64,000 nt of DNA from a virus, in IMG/VR virus record IMGVR_UViG_3300017917_001112, positions 101,257-165,256 of that record. One strand, given 5' to 3'. Positions 8,097 to 18,069 of the stretch are shown one piece after another. The translations under genes and the position numbers were made by a program. The notes below the pieces were generated by a model. It made no database searches and had not been told where the DNA came from. It saw only the letters and a list, made by a program, of their open reading frames with translations. Every line of letters begins with the position of its first letter. The first letter of the stretch is position 1.

Positions 8097-8462
8097 ATGT
8101 TAGTTTGGGAAGATATGACCGAAAAGCAGCAACTGGAATGTACCCTTTGGGATGCCTACAAAGATGCTCATGGTGTTCGTCCTCGTTTTATGAACATGGA
8201 AGTTATGTCTGTTGAAGAACTCAAACAAGAACTAGAGCGTTGTGTTGTTGTCATTGAAGAAAATGAAAAACAACGCAATGCTGATGAAGAGTGTGCTTCA
8301 CATGATTTTGAGATGCGTATGTTGGGTCTCATGCAGTGTGGTGCTAAGAATCGTGAACAAGCATTGCGCTGGGTTCACGAAGCAGAAGGCAGTGATGGCG
8401 ATGATGAGTATCTTTGCTTTCTGCTTGGTTTGCCGTATGGTTATTTTCGTAAAGTCGCATAA
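8097..8462 (+). CDS. hypothetical early protein
   Basis: WDAYKDAHGVRPR motif; AAGGA SD. Confidence 0.75.
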   Translation: MLVWEDMTEKQQLECTLWDAYKDAHGVRPRFMNMEVMSVEELKQELERCVVVIEENEKQRNADEECASHDFEMRMLGLMQCGAKNREQALRWVHEAEGSDGDDEYLCFLLGLPYGYFRKVA

Positions 8463-8473
8463 GGAGATTCGAC

Positions 8474-8938
8474 ATGGGTTTGGATATGTATCTGTCAGCC
8501 AAGAAATACATGAGTAGGTATTTCGATCCTTCTGATTCTGGCAAAATCGCCAGCATTAATGAGTTGTTTGGCGTACAAGGTGATGAGGAAAACGATTATG
8601 GAGCACAGGAAGTTATCTTTCGTGTAGCTTACTGGCGCAAAGCAAATGCGATTCACCAGTGGTTTGTTGAGAACGTGCAGGATGGTGTTGATGAATGCCA
8701 AGAAGCATATGTCTCTCGCGAGAAACTTGAAGAGCTGATGCAACTCTGCGAAAAGATTATCGCTGAGCCAAAACAAGCAATTGAGTTGTTGCCGACTCGC
8801 AGTGGTTTCTTTTTTGGTTCGACTGAATACGATGATTGGTATATGGGCGATGTGCAGTTTACTGCCGATCGCATCAAGAAAATATTGTCAGACCCTGCTT
8901 TTCAAAAGGCAGATTTTTACTATCAATCGAGTTGGTAA
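8474..8938 (+). CDS. conserved phage protein (MGLDMYL family)
   Basis: MGLDMYL, YWRKANAIHQWF, GFFFGSTEYD, YYQSSW. Confidence 0.8.
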   Translation: MGLDMYLSAKKYMSRYFDPSDSGKIASINELFGVQGDEENDYGAQEVIFRVAYWRKANAIHQWFVENVQDGVDECQEAYVSREKLEELMQLCEKIIAEPKQAIELLPTRSGFFFGSTEYDDWYMGDVQFTADRIKKILSDPAFQKADFYYQSSW

Positions 8939-9165
8939 TGGCAAATAATCATTTCCTTCGTAAGATGGCATCTGATGAACTTCGTGACACATTATTCTTC
9001 GCATCAGGAGAACTCGTCGCGAAAGAAAAAGGTAAAGACACTGTTACATTAAGTGTTCCGAATGTGACAGTTGTCATAAGACACAACAGAAACATAAAGA
9101 TTAATGGCGCAAGTCATAATTCTATTTCTGACGCAAAGAGAACACTACAGAGGATACTATGTTAA
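8938..9165 (+). CDS. hypothetical protein
   Basis: TAATG translational coupling. Confidence 0.6.
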   Translation: MANNHFLRKMASDELRDTLFFASGELVAKEKGKDTVTLSVPNVTVVIRHNRNIKINGASHNSISDAKRTLQRILC

Positions 9166-9287
9166 ATTTTATTTTCGGAATCTTTGTTGGTATTACTGTG
9201 TCAACAGTAGGATTTTCGGGTCTTGCGAACTATCTCGACAAAGCAGTTGATCAAACGAAAATAGTAATAAAAGAGAATGTAAAATAA
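9159..9287 (+). CDS. small membrane protein (42 aa)
   Basis: MLNFIFGIFVGITVSTVGFSGLA...; GAGG SD. Confidence 0.6.
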   Translation: MLNFIFGIFVGITVSTVGFSGLANYLDKAVDQTKIVIKENVK

Positions 9288-9288
9288 T

Positions 9289-9317
9289 TTGACAAAAATA
9301 AACCTACATAGTATAAT
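9289..9317 (+). promoter_or_regulatory. sigma70-type promoter
   Basis: TTGACA-17-TATAAT. Confidence 0.85.
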
Positions 9318-9340
9318 GATTGTATGTTTGTGGAGGATTT

Positions 9341-9517
9341 ATGTCAGGTGCTTATATTGTAACTGCTTATTATAAGGGTGTCCGAGTAAGAACAGAATAC
9401 TGTGATAACTGGTTAAGAGCAGAAACTGTTGTTTCAGAATTGAAAAACATGAGTTTTCAAATTGATGAAGTTCGAATGAAAAAGGTGGAGGATGATGATG
9501 CCGAATTGGTGCGATAA
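9341..9517 (+). CDS. hypothetical protein
   Basis: GGAGG SD. Confidence 0.6.
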   Translation: MSGAYIVTAYYKGVRVRTEYCDNWLRAETVVSELKNMSFQIDEVRMKKVEDDDAELVR

Positions 9518-10004
9518 CAGTGTGCGTCTTACGCATGAAGACAAAAGTAAAATAGATGCTCTTGAAATAGAACTTAAGAAATGGAATGACAACAACTTTC
9601 AAGATGGCGCACAAGTCTTTAACCATCTTCGTCCCCGTCCAGCAGATCAAGAAGAGAATTGGTATGACTGGAACATCAACAATTGGGGGTCTAAGTGGGA
9701 CGCCAGTATAATTGATTGGGATCGCGAAGATGACAACAACATTCATGTCTATTTTGATTCTGCTTGGTCACCACCTGTCACACTCTACGAATATCTAACA
9801 GAACAGGGTTGGCAAGTAAATGCAATTTATCATGAGGGTGGCATGGCATATATCGGTCAATACACAAGTGTAGATGGTGACGATTATTATGAATATGACA
9901 TTACTGATGAAGATTCTATTGAGAATTTACCAGAAGACCTGATCGAGTTTGCTGATTTGCGAACTGCTCATCAGGAGTGGAAAGAAAGCGAAGAACAAGA
10001 ATGA
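9498..10004 (+). CDS. YubB/Api92-like ferredoxin-fold protein
   Basis: MPNWCDN, WYDWNINNWGSKWD, FDSAWSPP. Confidence 0.75.
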   Translation: MPNWCDNSVRLTHEDKSKIDALEIELKKWNDNNFQDGAQVFNHLRPRPADQEENWYDWNINNWGSKWDASIIDWDREDDNNIHVYFDSAWSPPVTLYEYLTEQGWQVNAIYHEGGMAYIGQYTSVDGDDYYEYDITDEDSIENLPEDLIEFADLRTAHQEWKESEEQE

Positions 10005-10573
10005 TGTATATGTTTGATGTGGAGACTCTTGGCGTAGAGTCTACCACTGTCATTTTGTCAGCAGCAGCAATTAAGTTTGACCCAAATGATTTATCAAAAA
10101 AATATGATGATTATTTGGCGGAAGCATTTTTTGTGAAGTTTGATGTTCAAGATCAAGTAAAAAATTACAAACGTACTATTGATAAGTCTACTATGGAATG
10201 GTGGGCGAATCAACATGATTACGTTCGGAAAATTAGTTTCATTCCAAGCAAAAATGATGATGTTTCTGCGATTGACGGACTAAATTTATTATATGAGTAC
10301 CTTGGTCCTCAAGATGGTAGTAATACTTTTTGGGCACGTGGTTCTCTCGACCAGATGTCGATCGACAGTCTTTGCAAAGCAGTAGGAAAAGAATTAATCG
10401 CACCATACAACTGTTGGCGTGATGTTCGTACCGCATTAGATTGCCTTTGTGAGACAACTAAAAATGGATATTGTCAAATGAAGATTCCTTTTGACAAAAA
10501 CTCAAATGTTATCAAGCATCACCCTGTTCATGACTGCGCTTACGACATTATGATGCTACTTCACGGAAAATGA
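10001..10573 (+). CDS. dexA: 3'-5' exonuclease, DexA-like (DEDDh)
   Basis: FDVETLG, WARG..D, RDVRT, HHPVHDCAYD. Confidence 0.8.
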   Translation: MMYMFDVETLGVESTTVILSAAAIKFDPNDLSKKYDDYLAEAFFVKFDVQDQVKNYKRTIDKSTMEWWANQHDYVRKISFIPSKNDDVSAIDGLNLLYEYLGPQDGSNTFWARGSLDQMSIDSLCKAVGKELIAPYNCWRDVRTALDCLCETTKNGYCQMKIPFDKNSNVIKHHPVHDCAYDIMMLLHGK

Positions 10574-10576
10574 TGA

Positions 10577-13084
10577 ATGGAATTTTACACAAATGTTTTT
10601 CCCATGGGCAACAAGTTATGCGTCCGTGGGTACAGCAATGGTTTGCCGTACAAAGATAAGATAGATTTTCGCCCAACCCTTTACGTCTCGTCACCAAAGA
10701 AACATTATAGTGGCGAGATTTTTCGCACATTAGATGGTCAAGTTCTTTACGAAATCCAACCTGGATCTATCAAAGACACACGTGAATTTATTGATCGATA
10801 TAAGGGTGTTGAAAGTTTCCCTGTTTATGGTAACACAAATTACGCATACCAATATATCTCGGACACATATCGCTCAGAAATTAAATTTGATAAAGATTTA
10901 ATTAAGTGTTTCTCCATTGATATCGAAACAGCAACAGAAAGTGGTTTCCCTGATATTGAAACTGCTAATGAAGAGGTATTGTTAATTACATTAATGGACA
11001 ATAAGACAAAAGAGATTCATACTTTTGGTCGTAGTCCTTACACAGGAAACAAGGAAGTTATTTTCCATCATGTTGAAAATGAAAAACAACTTCTCGTTGA
11101 GTTTCTAACATTCTGGAAAGATAATTGTCCAGACATCGTTACTGGTTGGAATATTGGTTTCTTTGATATTCCATATCTAGTTAGACGCATCATGGTTTTG
11201 CTTGGCGAGTCACATGCAAAACAACTATCACCATGGGGTATTATCAACGAACGTCGTATTCATGTTAAAGGTAATGAAGAGATTACGTACGACATTGCTG
11301 GTGTTTCTGCACTTGATTATATTGATTTATACAAAAAGTTTACTTACTCAATGCAAGAATCTTATCGTCTTGATCACATTGCATTTGTTGAACTTGGCGA
11401 AAACAAACTAGACTATTCTGAGTATGATTCATTTAAAGATTTTTATACTCATGGTTGGAAGAAGTTTGTTGATTACAACATTCACGATACTGTTCTTGTT
11501 GACAAACTTGAAGACAAGATGAAATTGATTGAGTTGGCTATCGTTATGGCATATAACGCAAAGGTAAATTTCGATGATGTGTTTTCACAGGTAAGAATGT
11601 GGGATACGATTATCTACAATCACTTGCGTTCCAAAAACATTGTTATCCCAAACAAAACTAACAATGAGAAAGACAATGTTATTGAAGGTGCTTATGTTAA
11701 AGACCCACTTACTGGATTTCACAAGTGGGTTGTCTCATTTGACTTGAACAGTCTTTATCCGCATTTAATTATGCAGTATAACATTTCACCAGAGACTTTA
11801 ATCCAAGATTACAAACATATTGGTGGTGTTGGGTATTTCTTAGAACATGAGGAGCAAGGTGGATTTAAAGATCTAGATTATGCTTGTACAGCGAATGGTT
11901 ATTGCTATCGCAAAGACATCAAAGGATTTCTGCCTGAACTGATGGAAAAAATGTATGCTGACCGAAGTAAAGCAAAGAAACAAATGCTTGCGATTCAACA
12001 GCAGTATGAGAACACCAAGGACGCATCGCTAAAGAATGAGATTTCAAGATTGAACAATTTGCAGATGGCTTTGAAGATTGCTTTGAACTCTGCTTATGGT
12101 GCGTTGGCTAATCAATATTTCCGTTATTATGATAAACGCATGTCTGAGGGAATTACGACTTCTGGTCAGTTGTCTATTCGTTGGATCGCAAATAAATTTA
12201 ACGAATATTTTAACAAAGTAATGGGAACTGAGAAAGAAGATTATGTGATTGCTGTTGACACAGATTCTGTCTATCTTAGATTTGGACCATTGGTTGATTC
12301 TTTGTTTAGTCAGGAAGAACAGAAAGACAAAGATAAGATTGTTAAGTTTATTGACAAAATCTGTGAGGATAAAATACAGAAGTACATTGATAAGTGTTAT
12401 TCTGAATTGGCAAAGCGTCAAAATGCTTATGATCAGAAAATGATTATGAAGCGTGAAGTTATCGCAGACATGGGAATTTGGACTGCTAAAAAACGCTATG
12501 TTCTCAATGTGCATAACTCTGAAGGTGTGCAATATGCGCAACCCAAGATGAAGATTATGGGTCTTGAGATGGTTAAGTCTTCAACACCAATTGTTGTTCG
12601 CGACAAGTTGAAGGAAGCATTGAAGATTGTGATTGCTGGCGATCAACTAGAACTGCGTAAGTTTATCACTGATTATCGTAAACATTTCTATTCGTTGCCT
12701 GTTGAAGAAGTTGCTTTCCCAAGAAGTGTGAACAATCTTAAGGAATATTATGACTCTACTACCATTTATCGTAAATCGACACCGATTCATGTCCGTGGTG
12801 CTTTGATGTTTAATCATATTATCAAAGAAAGAAATCTTACGAACAAATATCAGCCAATTAAAGAGGGTGACAGAATTAAATTTATCTATCTTCGTGAGCC
12901 GAACACTATTCGTGAAGATGTAATTACATTCGCAAATGAATTACCAAAAGAGTTTGACCTACATAAATACATAGATTATGAGAAGCAGTTTGAGAAAGTT
13001 TTCCTTGACCCATTAACCGCAATTATGGATTCTATCGGATGGACAGTTGAAGAAAAGAACACTCTTGAAGATTTCTTCGCATAA
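10577..13084 (+). CDS. 43: DNA polymerase gp43 (family B)
   Basis: DIET exonuclease motif, SFDLNSLYP, KIALNSAYG, DTDS; C-terminal LEDFFA. Confidence 0.98.
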   Translation: MEFYTNVFPMGNKLCVRGYSNGLPYKDKIDFRPTLYVSSPKKHYSGEIFRTLDGQVLYEIQPGSIKDTREFIDRYKGVESFPVYGNTNYAYQYISDTYRSEIKFDKDLIKCFSIDIETATESGFPDIETANEEVLLITLMDNKTKEIHTFGRSPYTGNKEVIFHHVENEKQLLVEFLTFWKDNCPDIVTGWNIGFFDIPYLVRRIMVLLGESHAKQLSPWGIINERRIHVKGNEEITYDIAGVSALDYIDLYKKFTYSMQESYRLDHIAFVELGENKLDYSEYDSFKDFYTHGWKKFVDYNIHDTVLVDKLEDKMKLIELAIVMAYNAKVNFDDVFSQVRMWDTIIYNHLRSKNIVIPNKTNNEKDNVIEGAYVKDPLTGFHKWVVSFDLNSLYPHLIMQYNISPETLIQDYKHIGGVGYFLEHEEQGGFKDLDYACTANGYCYRKDIKGFLPELMEKMYADRSKAKKQMLAIQQQYENTKDASLKNEISRLNNLQMALKIALNSAYGALANQYFRYYDKRMSEGITTSGQLSIRWIANKFNEYFNKVMGTEKEDYVIAVDTDSVYLRFGPLVDSLFSQEEQKDKDKIVKFIDKICEDKIQKYIDKCYSELAKRQNAYDQKMIMKREVIADMGIWTAKKRYVLNVHNSEGVQYAQPKMKIMGLEMVKSSTPIVVRDKLKEALKIVIAGDQLELRKFITDYRKHFYSLPVEEVAFPRSVNNLKEYYDSTTIYRKSTPIHVRGALMFNHIIKERNLTNKYQPIKEGDRIKFIYLREPNTIREDVITFANELPKEFDLHKYIDYEKQFEKVFLDPLTAIMDSIGWTVEEKNTLEDFFA

Positions 13085-13088
13085 AAAC

Positions 13089-13117
13089 TTGCCTTTAAAT
13101 ACGACATATACTAAAAT
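13089..13117 (+). promoter_or_regulatory. sigma70-type promoter variant
   Basis: TTGCCT-17-TAAAAT. Confidence 0.55.
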
Positions 13118-13142
13118 TATATTAGAACACTAGGAGAAAGAC

Positions 13143-13388
13143 ATGACACAAGAAAATGAATTTCCGTCAATCGAAGACGTAGAAATTAAAACAACATCAT
13201 TGAACAACTTGCCCCCAAAAGTAATTTGTGAAAAACATGGAGAACTTAATGACGCATATGTGTTTAGAGTAAACATGCCAGAGTTTGGATATGAAAAAAA
13301 AACATATTGTTTAGTATGCGCAATCGAGTATCTTTCTATGATTGCTAATGAGGTTACATTCGAAGAACGTGAGGGAGAAACAAAATGA
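13143..13388 (+). CDS. hypothetical protein (possible Zn-binding)
   Basis: CEKH...CLVC; AGGAG SD. Confidence 0.65.
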   Translation: MTQENEFPSIEDVEIKTTSLNNLPPKVICEKHGELNDAYVFRVNMPEFGYEKKTYCLVCAIEYLSMIANEVTFEEREGETK

Positions 13389-14443
13389 GTTTTCTAAAAG
13401 ATATTGTAAAGGAGCTTGATAATGAATATGCGGGACTGGCTGATGATGGTGTTGTTGGTGATACATCTAATTTTATCGACACTGGTTCTTATACCCTTAA
13501 TGCTTTGCTCTCTGGTAGCATCTTTGGTGGTCTACCTGGGAACAAAGTTACAGCTTTGGCTGGTGAGTCTTCCACAGGAAAGACATTCTATGCTCTTGGG
13601 ATTGCGAACAATTTTCTTCGAACTGACGACAAGGCTGGAGTCATTTACTTTGAAACAGAAGGAGCGTTGACTAAAGATATGCTCGCTGAGCGTGGCATTG
13701 ATACTAAACGATTTATGATTGTTCCTGTGTCAACTGTTCAAGAATTTAGAACTCAAGCATCTAAGATTCTAGATGCGTATGAAAAAACATCAAAGAAAGA
13801 TCGCCCACCATTGATGTTGTTTTTAGATTCTCTTGGTATGCTCTCTACTTCTAAAGAAATGGAAGATACACTTGAGGGTAAAGATACTCGTGATATGACT
13901 CGTGCTCAATTGATTCGTGGCGCATTCCGTGTTCTTTCATTGCGTCTTGCTAAACTCGATGTCGCTATGGTTGTTACGAATCACACATATGCAGTTGTTG
14001 GTGCTTATATGCCAACCAAAACTATGGGTGGTGGTGACGGATTAAAGTATGCTGCTTCAACGATTGTTTTTCTTTCTAAGTCTCAGGACAAAGATGGAAC
14101 TGAAGTTGTTGGTAATATCATTAAATGTAAACTTGAGAAATCTCGTTTTACACGTGAGAAGTCTATGGTTGAAACTAAACTTTCCTTTACTAAAGGATTA
14201 GATCGTTATCATGGTCTAGCAGATTTGGCTGTTGAAGCAGGAATCTGGAAATCGCAAGGTGGACGAATTGAAGTACATGATGGTAGAAAAGTTTTCGGTA
14301 AAAACATTGCAAACAATCCTTCTGACTTCTTCACCGAAGACATCCTAAAGCAACTTGACATTTACTGTAAATCAAAGTATAATTATGGTTCAGATGATGT
14401 TGTTCAACAAGAAGAAGTAGAGGAAGAATTTAATGAGAATTGA
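13385..14443 (+). CDS. uvsX: RecA-like recombinase UvsX
   Basis: GESSTGKT, DSLGML, DMTRAQ, NHTY, GGG.GLKYAAS. Confidence 0.95.
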   Translation: MSFLKDIVKELDNEYAGLADDGVVGDTSNFIDTGSYTLNALLSGSIFGGLPGNKVTALAGESSTGKTFYALGIANNFLRTDDKAGVIYFETEGALTKDMLAERGIDTKRFMIVPVSTVQEFRTQASKILDAYEKTSKKDRPPLMLFLDSLGMLSTSKEMEDTLEGKDTRDMTRAQLIRGAFRVLSLRLAKLDVAMVVTNHTYAVVGAYMPTKTMGGGDGLKYAASTIVFLSKSQDKDGTEVVGNIIKCKLEKSRFTREKSMVETKLSFTKGLDRYHGLADLAVEAGIWKSQGGRIEVHDGRKVFGKNIANNPSDFFTEDILKQLDIYCKSKYNYGSDDVVQQEEVEEEFNEN

Positions 14444-15815
14444 AAATCAAATTTTTACTAATTTGATAACTCAGGAAGCGTATGCAAGAAAGGTTATTCC
14501 TTTTTTACTTCCTGAGTATTTCATGGATCGTAGCGATCGTGTGATTTATGAGGAATATAACAAATTCTTTTCGCAGTACAACACAACTCCAACTGTTGAT
14601 GTGCTGAAGATTGAGATTAGCAACAGAAAAGATATTTCTGAAGAAGAAGTAAAAAAAGTTAACGAAACACTTGATACTCTTAGCGATGAACAAACTAATA
14701 TTGATTGGATAACAGACAGCACAGAGAAATTTTGTAAAGACAAGGCAGTTTACAATGCTATCATCAACTCTATCAAAATTATTGAGGGCAGGGATAAAAA
14801 TCACAACCAAGATGCGATACCTTCTCTACTTTCTAAAGCATTGGCTGTTACTTTTGATTCTCACGTGGGTCATGACTATTTGGAAGACAGTGATGCTCGC
14901 TATGATTTTTATCATAGGGTTGAAGAGAAAATTCCTTTCGATATTGACTTGCTCAACAAAATCACGAACGGAGGACTCTCAAAGAAAACTCTAAACATTA
15001 TTCTTGCAGGAACAGGTGTTGGTAAATCTTTGGCTATGTGTCATTTCGCAGCATCATCTTTGCTTCAGGGTAAAAATGTGTTATACATAACTATGGAGAT
15101 GGCTGAGGAGAGAATCGCAGAGCGTATTGATGCCAATTTGCTAGAGTTGACTATGGATTCTTTAAAGATGGTTGAGAAACGTGTTTTCGATGCTAGACTT
15201 GAAAAGATTCGCAATAAAACACATGGTAAGTTGATTGTTAAAGAATATCCTACTGCTTCTGCCCACGCAGGACACTTCCGTGCTTTAATTGAAGAACTGC
15301 GTATGAAGCGTGATTTTACACCTGATATTATTTTTATTGATTATCTTAATATCTGTTCTTCTCAGCGTCTTCGTATGGGAGCAAATGTAAACTCTTATAC
15401 ATATATTAAAGCGATTGCTGAAGAGTTGAGAGGATTGGCAGGTGAATATAAAGTGCCTTTGGTGAGCGCAACGCAAACTACTCGTTCTGGTTATGCTAAC
15501 ACAGATCCAGGACTTGAAGATACTTCAGAGTCATTTGGTCTGCCAGCAACAGCAGATTTGATGATTGCGTTGATTGCCACTGAAGAACTTGATCAAATGA
15601 ATCAGATTATGGTTAAACAATTGAAAAATCGTTATTCTGATCCAAACTTCTATAAGCGTTTTGTTGTTGGCGTTGATAGAAAACAAATGAGATTATACAA
15701 TGTTGAAATGAGTGCTCAACTACATATAGAGGGACAGGGAACTGTTTCTGATGATACGCCACTATTTGACGCAACGAAATTTGGCAAACGCATTAAGAGT
15801 GAAGCATTCGAATAA
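14433..15815 (+). CDS. 41: replicative helicase gp41
   Basis: AGTGVGKS, ITMEMAEE, IDYLNI, SESFGLPATAD, KQLKNRY. Confidence 0.96.
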   Translation: MRIENQIFTNLITQEAYARKVIPFLLPEYFMDRSDRVIYEEYNKFFSQYNTTPTVDVLKIEISNRKDISEEEVKKVNETLDTLSDEQTNIDWITDSTEKFCKDKAVYNAIINSIKIIEGRDKNHNQDAIPSLLSKALAVTFDSHVGHDYLEDSDARYDFYHRVEEKIPFDIDLLNKITNGGLSKKTLNIILAGTGVGKSLAMCHFAASSLLQGKNVLYITMEMAEERIAERIDANLLELTMDSLKMVEKRVFDARLEKIRNKTHGKLIVKEYPTASAHAGHFRALIEELRMKRDFTPDIIFIDYLNICSSQRLRMGANVNSYTYIKAIAEELRGLAGEYKVPLVSATQTTRSGYANTDPGLEDTSESFGLPATADLMIALIATEELDQMNQIMVKQLKNRYSDPNFYKRFVVGVDRKQMRLYNVEMSAQLHIEGQGTVSDDTPLFDATKFGKRIKSEAFE

Positions 15816-15825
15816 GGAGAAAAAA

Positions 15826-17187
15826 ATGGTTCAGGTTATTGTAGCAGACAAACTTTATGATTCAGAACATCTACTTGGTATGTTCGTTGACGAATCGCAT
15901 TATGATATTCTTATTGAAGAAGATACGGATTGTTATCTCCCAGCTGATTGCGATATCGCAACACAAGCGAATTGTGATAAAGATTGTTCTGCTTGTGATA
16001 TTGGAGCCGATGAGCGTAGAATAGCATTTAAGTTTAGAAAGAACTTCTTCTCAAAAGAAGAACAAGAACAAGCATATGTTGGTTTGCGTGAAGCAGCAGT
16101 TCGTACAGAAAATCGTGGATTGGCTTCAGGAATTAAAGCAGGAACATCAGTAACAGGCGAAGGACGTGAGTGGGTTACTAATTATCAAGAAGAAATGATT
16201 AATGGAATTCTATCCTCAAGAACTGCTCAGTTGGTTGATGGGGATATTATTTTAGAAATTCGAGAAAAATATCCAACACCAGAATCACGTTTGAAAGCAT
16301 TGGGTTCTGGTAAGAACAATGTTTGGGTTATCTCACGTTTCCGTGGTAAATTTAATTTTGATGAATGGGTTGATTCAATCATTCCTTTAGATCGCGAAGC
16401 AAGAGCAAAAGCAACTGAAGAAGTTATGACAATGATTAGCGAAACTTCTTATGGCAATCCAGTTGACTCAGGTATCGCAGGTTGGTTTGACAGATATCCA
16501 CGTATTCCTTATGGTAGAGCAACAACATATACAAGAGATAATCCAGAAAAATTTGCTATGGCGTACCCATTTCTACAACATTTGGCAAAAGGATTTAAGG
16601 AGTTACTACCACAAAGATATGCTGCGCAAAAAGCAGCAACAGATAAAATTGATCCAAGATTCGTAATTCCTGAGACACCATTTACTACTGTAACTGTTAA
16701 CAAAACATTTAGAACTGCAGCGCATCGCGATGCTGGTGACTTTTCTGATGGTCTATCTAATTTGCTTACACTTTCTAATGATGGTAGATATACTGGTGGT
16801 TATTTGATTTTTCCAGAGATTCGTATAGCAGTTAATGTACGACCAGGAGATTTGCTTCTTGTGAATAACCATGAGGTAATTCATGGAAACACACCGATTG
16901 TTTGTGAAGAAGGTTCTGAGCGTGTTTCGCTGGTTGTTTATCTTCGTGAAAACATGTTAGAACTTGGTTCTTATGAATATGAAAATTCAAGATTCGAATT
17001 TGTTGAGTCACGCAGATTGAACAAAGAACATCCACTTTGGAAAAAATTGTGGAATGGTGTTTCTCCAGGAATGTGGGAAGAACAAGAATGGTACGACTTT
17101 TTAAAATCACGTCCGAATGGCGAACAAATGCTTGCGAAGTATCACCCGAAAGCACTTGAAGCATCTCTAGATGAATTCTTTGCTTGA
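15826..17187 (+). CDS. TET/JBP-family 2OG-Fe(II) methylpyrimidine dioxygenase
   Basis: FTTVTVNKTFRTAAHRDAGD (HxD), GGYLIFPE, GDLLL..NHEVIHGNT (distal His), ERVSLVVYLRE (2OG Arg); C-terminal LDEFFA. Confidence 0.82.
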   Translation: MVQVIVADKLYDSEHLLGMFVDESHYDILIEEDTDCYLPADCDIATQANCDKDCSACDIGADERRIAFKFRKNFFSKEEQEQAYVGLREAAVRTENRGLASGIKAGTSVTGEGREWVTNYQEEMINGILSSRTAQLVDGDIILEIREKYPTPESRLKALGSGKNNVWVISRFRGKFNFDEWVDSIIPLDREARAKATEEVMTMISETSYGNPVDSGIAGWFDRYPRIPYGRATTYTRDNPEKFAMAYPFLQHLAKGFKELLPQRYAAQKAATDKIDPRFVIPETPFTTVTVNKTFRTAAHRDAGDFSDGLSNLLTLSNDGRYTGGYLIFPEIRIAVNVRPGDLLLVNNHEVIHGNTPIVCEEGSERVSLVVYLRENMLELGSYEYENSRFEFVESRRLNKEHPLWKKLWNGVSPGMWEEQEWYDFLKSRPNGEQMLAKYHPKALEASLDEFFA

Positions 17188-17212
17188 CATTAATCTATAT
17201 ACATAGTAAAAT
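17184..17212 (+). promoter_or_regulatory. sigma70-type promoter
   Basis: TTGACA-17-TAAAAT. Confidence 0.65.
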
Positions 17213-17231
17213 ATAGTTTTGGAGATTTAAT

Positions 17232-18065
17232 ATGGCATGGCAATCAAGTTATTGGTCTTGTTCTAAATTTGCTGATTGGCTTCGTGGAACACCGAAGCCA
17301 GAAGCAGAAACAAGTAAAGGATGGCGTCTTTGGAGAGAAGCATCTGAGAAAGAACATCCATTTCGTTTTTGGTTGGCGGAAGAAGGACTTGATCACATTC
17401 AGGACTTCGTAACTTATCCAAGCAGAAAAGTAAACGATTTAATGTATTATTTGAATAATCGGTTTGTTACTAAAACGCATGCACTAACATCTCACCCTCG
17501 TGATATTCCTCGTGGCGAATGGCGAGATGTTGGTAATCGTTTTCTCCCCTGCCTGTTCAATGAACTTGTTGATTTTGTCGAGGTCGAACAAGCATGGCAT
17601 CACTGTATGTGGGATGACAAAGCACGAAAAGAATTTAAAGTGCCTTGGACACGCAGGGGTTTTTTACGTCTTAGAACTTGGCGTTGTCCAGAAGCAGGGT
17701 TGTCTTATCTGAATTGGGCAAAGGATTTGACTAATGCTGAGTTTCTTGATGAAGATAAGAAACATGAAGCAGAGTTGACACATCAAGCACTTGCTGCTCG
17801 CGAGATTCTAGAACTCTATCACTGGTGGAAAGAAGTTTATTCAAAACGTCTAGATCCATACGATTCTAGTGGTTGGTCTGCTATTTGCGAGAGAGAACGC
17901 AAAGAAGGACGTGACTTACTTGACATGGAAGACAGAAACGAAACAGAGCGTGAAGAGAGAAATAATTCTCTAGATCTTCTACGTAAAATAGAAGAAGAAT
18001 ACGAAAAGGAAGACGAAGAAATGATGATTCGTCTTATCAAAATCCGTCAATCACTGTGGACTTAA
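17232..18065 (+). CDS. conserved hypothetical Trp-rich protein
   Basis: 277-aa ORF with GGAG SD. Confidence 0.75.
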   Translation: MAWQSSYWSCSKFADWLRGTPKPEAETSKGWRLWREASEKEHPFRFWLAEEGLDHIQDFVTYPSRKVNDLMYYLNNRFVTKTHALTSHPRDIPRGEWRDVGNRFLPCLFNELVDFVEVEQAWHHCMWDDKARKEFKVPWTRRGFLRLRTWRCPEAGLSYLNWAKDLTNAEFLDEDKKHEAELTHQALAAREILELYHWWKEVYSKRLDPYDSSGWSAICERERKEGRDLLDMEDRNETEREERNNSLDLLRKIEEEYEKEDEEMMIRLIKIRQSLWT

Positions 18066-18069
18066 ACAT